A DNA stretch of 64,000 nucleotides from an uncultured Candidatus Saccharibacteria bacterium (GTDB lineage Bacteria; Patescibacteriota; Minisyncoccia; 2-02-FULL-40-12; GWA2-44-9), in the NCBI GenBank assembly GCA_964491455.1, contig CAZBFM010000001.1, positions 447,868 to 511,867 on the forward strand. The letters run 5' to 3'. Each line of letters begins with the position of its first letter. Within the stretch, counting starts at the first letter, position 1. The position numbers and the translations under genes are program-made. This document shows, piece by piece, positions 37,207 to 45,565 of the stretch. The notes beneath the pieces were generated by a model. The model was not told the origin of the DNA. It was given only the letters and a program-made list of their open reading frames with translations, and ran no database searches.

Positions 37207-38538
37207 TCAAATAGCGTATCGATCTCGTAAATATTCGCGAAGAGACGGCAGCGCAACTCGTGATTGTTCTTTTGTATCACGGTCTCGAACGGTGACCGTC
37301 GAATCTTCGAGGGTCTGAAAATCGATGGTGATACACGCAGGGGTACCAATTTCATCTTGTGAGAGGTACCGCTTGCCGATATTACCCCTATCATCCCAAG
37401 CGGCAGGCATATCTTTTTTCAAGGCACCAAAAACGTCGCGAGCCTTACCCACTAAGTCGGGCTTGTTCTTCAGCAGCGGAAAAACTGCAACCTTGTATGG
37501 AGCCAATGATGGCTTCAACTTCAGAACAACGCGCATATCACTCCCCTCTCCCTCTTCTGAGTACGCCTCCAAGAGTGTCATAAGTAAGAGCCGAGTAAGA
37601 CCAAAGGTTGGCTCGATTACATGGGGAATAAATTTTTCCTGCGTTTCTGGGTCAGTATAGCGCAGATCTTTCCCGCTCTGTTCCATGTGGTTTTTTAAAT
37701 CGTAATCCGTTCGATATGCAAGACCAAACATTTCCTTCCAGCCGAATGGTGTTTGGTATTCAATATCTGCAGTACGCTTTGAATAGTGAGAAAGCTCGTC
37801 TTTTTCATGCTCACGAACACGTATATGGGAAAGGTCAAAACCTAATTCAGTGAGCCATGCGCGTTGCTCATCAAGCCAGTACACAAATGATTTTTCCCAG
37901 TCAGACTCTCGAACGAAGTACTCGAATTCCATAAGATCAAACTCAAGTGTCCGGAATATGAAATTACCAGGAGTAATTTCATTGCGAAATGCCTTCCCAA
38001 CGGATGCAATACCAAATGGAAGGCGCACTCGAGATGTGTCGAGGACATTTTTGAAATTCACAAACATGGATTGAGCGATTTCACCGCGAAGATACGCTCG
38101 ACTCTTGTCTCCTTCAACGGTCCCGATAGAAGTCTGAAAAAGGAGGTTAAATTGCTTCGCTTCGGTAAAGTCACTACTGCCGCAACTTGGGCACTGACCT
38201 TCAATTTGATCTGCCCGCCAGCGGCTATGACATTTCTTGCACTCCACTAATGGATCAGAAAAACCACCCACGTGTCCCGAAGCTTCCCATACCTTCGGGT
38301 TCATAATGATAGCTGCATCCAATCCCACGATATCCTCTCGAGACTGCACAAACCTACGCCACCATGAATCACGGATATTGTTCTTGAGCTCAACCCCTAA
38401 AGGACCGTAGTCCCAACTATTCGCCAGTCCGCCATAAATTTCTGACCCAGGAAATACAAACCCGCGGCGCTTAGCGAGCGATATTATCTTATCCATCCTG
38501 CTTAGTTCAGTAGTCATAACGAGCCAATCATAGCTCAT
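37207..38538 (-). CDS. glyQS: glycyl-tRNA synthetase (alpha2 dimeric type)
   Basis: KRRGFVFPGSEIYGGLANSWDYGPLG and class II motifs. The ATG at 38538 was verified. Internal alternative starts exist at 38517 and 38496. Confidence 0.9.
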   Translation of the reverse strand: MSYDWLVMTTELSRMDKIISLAKRRGFVFPGSEIYGGLANSWDYGPLGVELKNNIRDSWWRRFVQSREDIVGLDAAIIMNPKVWEASGHVGGFSDPLVECKKCHSRWRADQIEGQCPSCGSSDFTEAKQFNLLFQTSIGTVEGDKSRAYLRGEIAQSMFVNFKNVLDTSRVRLPFGIASVGKAFRNEITPGNFIFRTLEFDLMEFEYFVRESDWEKSFVYWLDEQRAWLTELGFDLSHIRVREHEKDELSHYSKRTADIEYQTPFGWKEMFGLAYRTDYDLKNHMEQSGKDLRYTDPETQEKFIPHVIEPTFGLTRLLLMTLLEAYSEEGEGSDMRVVLKLKPSLAPYKVAVFPLLKNKPDLVGKARDVFGALKKDMPAAWDDRGNIGKRYLSQDEIGTPACITIDFQTLEDSTVTVRDRDTKEQSRVALPSLREYLRDRYAI

Positions 38539-38570
38539 CCATGTCGAAAATTCCAGATGCTCGACGACTA

Positions 38571-38599
38571 TTGACGTGATTTATATTGCGTGAGATAAT
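38571..38599 (+). promoter_or_regulatory. sigma70 promoter TTGACG-17-GATAAT for the ABC exporter
   Basis: -35 at 38571-38576 and -10 at 38594-38599. Confidence 0.4.
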
Positions 38600-38631
38600 A
38601 TATTTCACTCTTTAACAACGAAAGGGGCTCT

Positions 38632-40419
38632 ATGTCGAAATCACGCGAATTTCTTCGCGATTTCTGCGGTCCATACGTACGACCAATGATTGCCGTGTTG
38701 GCGCTTTTGGCGCTCCAGCAGTCTGTGAATCTATTCATCCCCTGGGTACAGGGTCGCATATTCGATGCGATTCTAACCGGCGGAGCACCGTCGCGAATCT
38801 ATGAGTTCATCGCCCTGACGGGTGTTGTTCTCATTGTCGTCAACATCATTGAAACGATTCGATGGAAGTACGCTGCCTATCAACTCACGAATCCGTTCGT
38901 GCGGCACATCGCACGCGTCAGCATGGCGCGACTCCTGTCTCTTTCGATTGGACAGCATGTCAGCGAGCACAGCGGGGTCAAGCAAAGTGTTATTAACAAC
39001 GGCCAGAACGCCATGCGCTCCGTGCTCGACATCATACTCTACGAGATTCTCCCGCTCATCATGGAACTCGGGGTCGTCATAGCTCTCCTGCTCATATACC
39101 GTTGGGAGCTCGGCATGCCACTCTTGATTGGCTCGCTCATCTACGGCACATGGGCGCATCGAATGAATCGAATGATCCATCCTCTCCTTGCGGAGCAAGA
39201 AGTCCTAAAAAATCAGGAGAATAAGTTTCGAGGAGAAATTCTACGAAATTCCGAGCTTGTTCTTCAGAGCGCTCAAGAAGAGCGCGCCATTCACGAGTCT
39301 GACGCGAGCATGGAATTCGTACAGCGTGGGCATCGCGACATTTGGATTCCCTATGTCCACGAGGCTACGGTCCGCGAAAATGTGCTAATTGCCACTCGAG
39401 TTGCGATTCTCATCATCGGTGTTCGCCTACTCCTAGCAGGCACGTGCACCGCAGGTGCACTTGTCACCTACTGGATGTGGGCAATTAGCGCACTGAGTCG
39501 CGTGGGACGCATTGGACCCGTTACTCGCACCGTCATGGAACATATGGCATCCATTGATAAGTTCTATCACCTGATGACCACGGAACCTGACGTTATTGAC
39601 GCGATCCGACCGAATCGGCCGCAACGCTATCAAGGAGACATCACATTTGAACACGTGACACTCCACTACCAGCAGCGTGATGGCAACGCGAACTCACCCT
39701 CGTCCGACAACACTACGCATCCAAGCCTCAACGACGTAAGCTTCCACATTTCAGCTGGCAGTAAGGTAGCACTAGTCGGTGAATCAGGTGCGGGCAAAAG
39801 TAGCATCGTATATGCACTCCTGCGATCGCAAAATCCCAATCGCGGACGAATTCTCATCGATGGATTCGATCTGGAACGCGAGCTAGATCATCGCCATCTA
39901 CGTTCGCGCATCGGATTTGTACCACAGCACACATTCCTGTTCGACAAGAGCTTACGTGATAACATCACGTACGGCTTGTCACTGGATGACGCACGGGCTG
40001 TGACCGATGAAGAACTCAAGCGCGTTATGCACATGGCGCGCATCGACCGATTTGTACGTCGCATGGAGTGCGGCCTTGATACACTCATCGGTGAGCGAGG
40101 CGTAAAACTATCAGGTGGCGAGCGGCAACGCGTCGGCATAGCTCGAGCACTCATACGAGACCCTGACATCCTGATCTTCGATGAAGCGACGAGCTCGCTT
40201 GATCCAAGAAATGAATTCGAAATTCAGGAAGAACTCGATGCTGCGAGTGCAGGTCGGACGACCATCATCATCGCACATCGCTATTCGACAATTCGTCATG
40301 TCGACTCGATCATCGTGATGGATCGAGGATCGATCGCCGGTCGAGGTACTCATGAAGAGCTCATGGCGACGTGTGACGCGTATCGTAAGCTCATCCAGCA
40401 TCAGCAAGCTGGATCGTAA
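38632..40419 (+). CDS. ABC transporter, fused permease/ATPase (MsbA/exporter type)
   Basis: 6-TM N-terminal domain. Walker A GESGAGKSS, signature LSGGERQRVGIARAL and Walker B ILIFDEATSSLD. Confidence 0.9.
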   Translation: MSKSREFLRDFCGPYVRPMIAVLALLALQQSVNLFIPWVQGRIFDAILTGGAPSRIYEFIALTGVVLIVVNIIETIRWKYAAYQLTNPFVRHIARVSMARLLSLSIGQHVSEHSGVKQSVINNGQNAMRSVLDIILYEILPLIMELGVVIALLLIYRWELGMPLLIGSLIYGTWAHRMNRMIHPLLAEQEVLKNQENKFRGEILRNSELVLQSAQEERAIHESDASMEFVQRGHRDIWIPYVHEATVRENVLIATRVAILIIGVRLLLAGTCTAGALVTYWMWAISALSRVGRIGPVTRTVMEHMASIDKFYHLMTTEPDVIDAIRPNRPQRYQGDITFEHVTLHYQQRDGNANSPSSDNTTHPSLNDVSFHISAGSKVALVGESGAGKSSIVYALLRSQNPNRGRILIDGFDLERELDHRHLRSRIGFVPQHTFLFDKSLRDNITYGLSLDDARAVTDEELKRVMHMARIDRFVRRMECGLDTLIGERGVKLSGGERQRVGIARALIRDPDILIFDEATSSLDPRNEFEIQEELDAASAGRTTIIIAHRYSTIRHVDSIIVMDRGSIAGRGTHEELMATCDAYRKLIQHQQAGS

Positions 40420-40424
40420 CTATC

Positions 40425-40457
40425 AGAGGAGAGCATCGTGCTCTCCTCTTTTTTATT
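40425..40457. terminator. hairpin AGAGGAGAGCA-tcg-TGCTCTCCTCT + T6ATT between convergent genes
   Basis: 11-bp perfect stem with a T-run on the + side. Confidence 0.6.
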
Positions 40458-42282
40458 GCACCACACCTTCACCCGCATGCCCCTCGACATTCGTCGTCGT
40501 CACGTCTCGCGCTGATGACTGAACTGGTTGCTGTGTAAAACCATCTACACCATTGAGCGCTGCTCCTGATATCAACTTGGGAGCTTGCCCGATTAGATTA
40601 CTAGAAGGCGTAAGTCCGACCTGAAAGGTTGCCTCGTATCGCGGCGCTCCACTACCCGTGCCATAGGGTACCGTGCCAACATTCCACGTTATGGTTTTCG
40701 TTTTTGCATCAAATGTTGGCGCAGCTCCTTGCACAGACTGTGCAAGGCCCTTAAAAGCAATACCCGGAGGTAGCGTGGCGCTTACCACGCCTGAGCGAAT
40801 ATCATTGCCGGGGTTAGTAATCTGCCAACGGACGGTCATGATAGTCTCCGATCCAACCAGTGGCGGCAACGGACCAGACCCAAATGGAGCATCATACAGA
40901 ACAGATTGCGTGAATGACGGCTGAGAGCCAATCTTGGTTGAAACGCTATCGAGCGCGAACACCTCTTCACTATCAATTCCCGATGGGACATTATTGGTAC
41001 TCAAGCGGGCGGTCGCTTTGACGACAAAACTCTGCGCTCCGCCCGATAATCCTGCCTTGAGCGGAATTGTAAATTCAAATTTTCCACGCTTACTCGGGGC
41101 AAGCGCTCCAAAGTCTGAAACACCAGCAGCATCAAACGTAATCGTACGAGTTGCATCACTATATGACCCCTGCGTAGACTGCAGTTTTGTTGTATCAAAC
41201 ATTTCACCGTCGAGCTTCACGCTGAGTGCTAATCCAAGAAGAGTAAAACGGGAATTATTTGCATACGTAACAATATAGCGAAGCGTGTCCCCCGGAAACG
41301 CAACATACTCAACACCCGACGATGGTGCGATCGAAACTGAAATCAGCGGACTCGAGATCACGGTAAATGCTTCGGTACGAGCATAGTCCACATACTGCCC
41401 ATTGAGATTGCGCCGGACCGACGCAGTTACCGTTTTGGTTTCGCCCTCATTCCCAGAAAGCACCCCCGTAATAGTGTACCGTTTTCCTTGATTTACGGTG
41501 AGCGAAGAAATGTCCCACACATTTGAATCCGTTGATGCTTCGGGTCGCACCGACTGCACCGAGAAACCCTCAGGATAGGTTAAGGCAAGCTTCATATCCA
41601 TTGCATCGGCGTCAGTATTATTTCGAACATCAACAACATACTGAATCGGCTGGCCGGAGACAGTTGTGGGAGGCGCAACGAGCGTGACCTCTACTGGAAG
41701 AGAGCCGATCATCGTAGCAACTGTTACCTCTTTTTGGAACGAAGATCGCAGCGTTCCTGCGCTGAAAATCATGTTCAGGCGCGCCGTACGAATAACCCCC
41801 TTGTCCCCCACAATAAAGACTTTTACGTCACGTGTTCCCGTCTCTCCCGGTGCGAGCACATCAACGGTAAACCCCTCACTCTCAGGAGTCGTTGGCATTC
41901 CATCCACCATTACAATTGAATCTTGCGGGTAAAATAATCGAAAGTTGATTTTCGAAAGGGTCAACCGCGTATTGTTGGTGTAGTGAATTGTATAGGTCGC
42001 CTCATCCCCCGACTTTACGGATGCAGGAGCTTCGATAGTGAGAGCGATATCTTTTTCTGCAAATGAGCTACCACCCCACCACAATGCTGCCACCGTAAAA
42101 ATCAATAGGCTACCGGCGGTCGCCACAAGCATCTTGAGGAGCTTCTTTGATGTGCGCTGCATAGATGGTGGTACTTCGGGAGTGTGGGAATTTGGAGCAC
42201 TCGACTCAGCTGGCACGGCAGGACTAGGCGTCACACGAGGTGGCGGAGTAATAACGGGCGATATCTCAAAATCAAACGGCAT
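40453..42282 (-). CDS. large membrane-anchored surface protein with repeated DUF11/CARDB-like beta-sandwich modules (609 aa)
   Basis: Pro-rich N-terminus then a TM helix (MLVATAGSLLIFTVAALWWGG). At least three repeats of the pattern xYxVxxxNNxxxxLxxxxLxxxxPxG. Thr/Ser/Gly-rich. Confidence 0.6.
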   Translation of the reverse strand: MPFDFEISPVITPPPRVTPSPAVPAESSAPNSHTPEVPPSMQRTSKKLLKMLVATAGSLLIFTVAALWWGGSSFAEKDIALTIEAPASVKSGDEATYTIHYTNNTRLTLSKINFRLFYPQDSIVMVDGMPTTPESEGFTVDVLAPGETGTRDVKVFIVGDKGVIRTARLNMIFSAGTLRSSFQKEVTVATMIGSLPVEVTLVAPPTTVSGQPIQYVVDVRNNTDADAMDMKLALTYPEGFSVQSVRPEASTDSNVWDISSLTVNQGKRYTITGVLSGNEGETKTVTASVRRNLNGQYVDYARTEAFTVISSPLISVSIAPSSGVEYVAFPGDTLRYIVTYANNSRFTLLGLALSVKLDGEMFDTTKLQSTQGSYSDATRTITFDAAGVSDFGALAPSKRGKFEFTIPLKAGLSGGAQSFVVKATARLSTNNVPSGIDSEEVFALDSVSTKIGSQPSFTQSVLYDAPFGSGPLPPLVGSETIMTVRWQITNPGNDIRSGVVSATLPPGIAFKGLAQSVQGAAPTFDAKTKTITWNVGTVPYGTGSGAPRYEATFQVGLTPSSNLIGQAPKLISGAALNGVDGFTQQPVQSSARDVTTTNVEGHAGEGVVQ

Positions 42283-42296
42283 ACGCGGTTATTCTA

Positions 42297-42866
42297 TCAT
42301 GAAGCCGACGTCGCCACCACGTCGTAGAGGACATCAATGGCCGATAGTCTGCGTTGCGCAATGGTCTCAAATTTCTCATCCAACGCCGAGCGTGCCCATC
42401 GCGACAGCATCTCCCCGGAACCTGCAACCCCATATCCCAGCGCTTGCAAAAAGCGCTCCTGCCCTCGACGATAGAGTGCAAGCACAGTCTCCGGAGAAGA
42501 GCGATCAAGGCTCTGGAGAATTTCTTGGAGCGTGCCCCATAACTCTTCATCTGCTTGCGCCTCGAAGACCATAAGATCCACCGCCTGCAAAAAGACCTGA
42601 GCGACACTCCAGGTGCGAGGACTTTGCTTGGCAAGACCAAGCGATGAAAGCGCCTGAGTCCCCGTCATGATATAACCGCTCTTGCCATCGACGAGCTCGC
42701 ATTGAATATGGCTTGCGTCATCAAGCGCTAGCGCCTGCTTACTATGACGCTGAAGGGAGCCTTTCGCAATTGCCGTTATCTTGCCGAGCTCACGACTATA
42801 GAGCACGACCAATTGATCGTGCTCGCGAATCGCCTGCTTTCGAATGACGATGGCTTCAATGTGCAC
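42297..42866 (-). CDS. recO: DNA repair protein RecO (short form)
   Basis: N-terminal OB-fold pattern (IVIRKQAIREHDQLVVLYSRELGKI...AKG) and a helical C-terminus. 189 aa, so it is shorter than canonical RecO. Confidence 0.55.
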   Translation of the reverse strand: MHIEAIVIRKQAIREHDQLVVLYSRELGKITAIAKGSLQRHSKQALALDDASHIQCELVDGKSGYIMTGTQALSSLGLAKQSPRTWSVAQVFLQAVDLMVFEAQADEELWGTLQEILQSLDRSSPETVLALYRRGQERFLQALGYGVAGSGEMLSRWARSALDEKFETIAQRRLSAIDVLYDVVATSAS

Positions 42867-42871
42867 GAATG

Positions 42872-43324
42872 CTATTTATAAAAAACCGTACGTTCGCGTG
42901 CGTCATCGTGCGCAGGATCTCCCGATGGATTGTCTTTTTTCAAAATCAACGCTCCTCGGTTACTCACTGAAGTATCGGGAGTAAACTCAATCGTTCCCTC
43001 AAATGGGACCCAATCAGTTGTCATCCACTCATCAGTAGCTGTTACATGCGACTCGGCAATAATTCTTCCATCCCAATCCGTGAGTATGATAGGAAATGAA
43101 GCCTCAAAAAACCATGTGCCCCGTGCACGGCCCGTGATCTTAAGGGGCGATGATATAGACTCACCTTCACGAGGATTATCGAGAACTACCTGTGAATCCG
43201 ATCCCTGTATAAATGGAGACGTCGGCACTTTATCGAGCGCTACTGGGCGATACACAAACAACCGCCAGCAAGCAAGTGCGGAAAACACTATGAGCAGAGC
43301 CAGCGCTGTGCGTTTGATCCTCAT
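42872..43324 (-). CDS. Gmad2 immunoglobulin-like domain protein (GerM-related), secreted
   Basis: N-terminal signal/TM. ITGRARGTWFFEASFPIILTDWDGRII...WMTTDWVPFEGTIEF matches the Gmad2 pattern. Confidence 0.55.
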   Translation of the reverse strand: MRIKRTALALLIVFSALACWRLFVYRPVALDKVPTSPFIQGSDSQVVLDNPREGESISSPLKITGRARGTWFFEASFPIILTDWDGRIIAESHVTATDEWMTTDWVPFEGTIEFTPDTSVSNRGALILKKDNPSGDPAHDDARERTVFYK

Positions 43325-43332
43325 TGCGAGTA

Positions 43333-43641
43333 TTACTCAATTTCCCCGCCTGCTTTCTGCCAGTCAGAAAGACCTCCTATATTTACCACTTCACCAAACC
43401 CATGTGCGAGGAGGATGTCCTTTGCCTCCTCGGCGCGAACACCACCGGCGCAATACACATACACTTTCTGATCGAGCGGAATATCAGGGATATCATCAGA
43501 GCGGAGACGAGAAATCGGCCAATGGATCGCTCCTTCAGCGCGGACATCATTCCATTCATCTTCGCCTCGAACATCAATGAGAGCAGCCGCTCCCGACGCA
43601 ACATCATGCACTGCTTGCTGAACCTCGTGTGGATCGTTCAT
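43333..43641 (-). CDS. rhodanese-like single-domain sulfurtransferase
   Basis: Active-site loop VYVYCAGGVRAEEA. Confidence 0.8.
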   Translation of the reverse strand: MNDPHEVQQAVHDVASGAAALIDVRGEDEWNDVRAEGAIHWPISRLRSDDIPDIPLDQKVYVYCAGGVRAEEAKDILLAHGFGEVVNIGGLSDWQKAGGEIE

Positions 43642-43659
43642 TGAAATATGATTAGACTG

Positions 43660-44148
43660 CTACCTTTTTGCGAGTATTCGCCCGGGTCTCCATGGTGTAC
43701 CTAAGAGAGGCAACGCCCAACGGTCTATACCATAGTATCCAGCAACTTTCCATGCCATGACCAGTCCCAGCGACAATACGCCAAGTATGGGGTTCACACT
43801 AACGGTGCCCGCGAGAAGAAAATTCAGATTCATAAATGCACCAAAGAACGCAGCAATTCCCGTGAAAAGCCCCACCATCAAGCCGAGACCCACCGCAAAT
43901 TCACCCCAGGCGATGACGTGACTCCATATTTCTACATGGGGCATAACCGTGCCCTGCAAGAAAGCCGCGTACCACGATTGCACGTCAGGGTGTGGCCCGC
44001 CAACCTTTGAAAGCGCCCCCTGAATGAATCCGGCGAGTGCTCCGCCCGCAGAATCGCCAACCCATGCCGCAGAATGGAGCTTCCCCCAACCAGACTCAAC
44101 CCATGCCCAGCCGACATACAATCGAATAAGCAACCAAACCATTGCCAT
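43660..44148 (-). CDS. DoxX family membrane protein
   Basis: Four TM helices with the DoxX-like pattern. Track ORF trimmed to MAMVWLLIRLYVGW. Confidence 0.65.
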   Translation of the reverse strand: MAMVWLLIRLYVGWAWVESGWGKLHSAAWVGDSAGGALAGFIQGALSKVGGPHPDVQSWYAAFLQGTVMPHVEIWSHVIAWGEFAVGLGLMVGLFTGIAAFFGAFMNLNFLLAGTVSVNPILGVLSLGLVMAWKVAGYYGIDRWALPLLGTPWRPGRILAKR

Positions 44149-44341
44149 CTTGGTATTCGCGAACACAAATAATGCAACGGGAGGATCTGAAAAAGTAATA
44201 TGCGAGTTTTGTTTCATATCAGCAGTATACGCTTCACGACTCGGAAATCAGAGCTCATCTGTGGATGAATAGCTTCGGGTCGACAAATCATGTGAATGCG
44301 CTATACATATTTCATCATAGCTCGCTCATTGAAAGGATTAT

Positions 44342-44824
44342 ATGCTAACCCTTCGAGTCCACGTCTCCGTTGCCTCATTGAACATTCCGCGTCGTCTTAT
44401 CCTTCAAGATCAAGACAGCACACGCCATGCATCATTTGACGTAGATCCAGGCGTCATCACTATCTTAGACCTGCTCCGTGATGGGCAATATGACGCTTCA
44501 ACCTCAGTATATTTCTGTTGGACGGAAACCATTCGGAGATTGGGTGGCGTCGTGGAACGAGTTCATATTGCGAATATTGCCGACAATGCAACGAAGCGCA
44601 TTTCAATTTTCATTCGCTCTGGATCTCACGTTCATGAGCTTGAATGCACAGCAGCAGATGGCATCTTTATGAAAATCATCAACGATTGCCCGCTTACGTG
44701 CTCAGAAGATGATTTTGAAAAGCTTGGGATATTTCATTGCGTCACTACCGACGCTAACTCGCGCACTGTTCAAGAACGCCTTTCAGTATTTGAACGTCTC
44801 AACCCGATCACCCCCAAAGCGTAA
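44342..44824 (+). CDS. hypothetical protein (160 aa), lower GC than its neighbours
   Basis: Lone plus-strand gene between minus-strand genes, with its own hairpin terminator. Roughly 46-49% GC against ~55% in flanking genes. Confidence 0.5.
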   Translation: MLTLRVHVSVASLNIPRRLILQDQDSTRHASFDVDPGVITILDLLRDGQYDASTSVYFCWTETIRRLGGVVERVHIANIADNATKRISIFIRSGSHVHELECTAADGIFMKIINDCPLTCSEDDFEKLGIFHCVTTDANSRTVQERLSVFERLNPITPKA

Positions 44825-44828
44825 GCGC

Positions 44829-44860
44829 AAACCCCTACATCGTGTAGGGGTTTATATTTT
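44829..44860. terminator. hairpin AAACCCCTACA-tcg-TGTAGGGGTTT + ATATTTT
   Basis: 11-bp stem starting 5 nt after the stop of the 160-aa gene. It is also downstream of the convergent alkD-like gene. Confidence 0.55.
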
Positions 44861-45562
44861 CCCATCAAGATACGCCTGGCGTAGTCGCCGCGGAAAGCGT
44901 TCTATCGCGTATCGAAGCATCGTTCGTGGCATGCGATGGTAGTGTTTCTTCAAAAAATCCTCCTCCACGTCTTGTCCGCATTTTTTACCAACCTCGCGAA
45001 GCATCCAGCCAACTGCTTTTTGAATGAGGTCCTCGTTATCCTGCAGAAGAATGCGTGCAATGTTAAACGTTGGAACCCATCTTCCTTTTTTAATAAATGC
45101 GAACGTGGCCAGCACAGCAACACGTCGGTGCCAGAGCAACTTCGACTTCGCCATCGACACCAATAACATGCCCGAATCTTTGGTAGCATAAAGATGCTCT
45201 CCAATGATGTTTGGGGCAGAAAGATCGACGAGATCCCAGTTGTTAATGCGAGCAAGTGAATCGCGATAACATCGAAACACACTCCGACGCTTTTTTGCAT
45301 CTCCATGCTCAAACATACGCACAAGAATCAAGAGTGCGCAGAGTCGTTCTTCGTGATACTCGGAACCAAGAAGTGTCCTCACCTCATCGAGCGTGATGTC
45401 GCGATGCTGCTTCACTAGCGCGCGAATCTCTGGCACCGTGACACCCAGGAAAACATCACCCTCTCCGTACTGGCCCTCGCCTGTTTTAAAAAAACCAGAA
45501 AGCACGCGCGCCTTTTGGGGATTCGCACGCTCTCGTAATTGTGCTCGCAACTGCTCAAGCAT
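44852..45562 (-). CDS. DNA alkylation repair protein (AlkD-like HEAT-repeat glycosylase)
   Basis: FFKTGEGQYGEGDVFLGVTVPEIR is the family N-terminal signature. All-helical. Confidence 0.75.
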   Translation of the reverse strand: MLEQLRAQLRERANPQKARVLSGFFKTGEGQYGEGDVFLGVTVPEIRALVKQHRDITLDEVRTLLGSEYHEERLCALLILVRMFEHGDAKKRRSVFRCYRDSLARINNWDLVDLSAPNIIGEHLYATKDSGMLLVSMAKSKLLWHRRVAVLATFAFIKKGRWVPTFNIARILLQDNEDLIQKAVGWMLREVGKKCGQDVEEDFLKKHYHRMPRTMLRYAIERFPRRLRQAYLDGKI

Positions 45563-45565
45563 GAG

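Noticed and set aside
42272-42640. 122-aa ORF overlapping recO in another frame
   Set aside because: It is fully embedded in recO and in the end of the surface-protein gene. It is Arg-rich shadow-frame composition.
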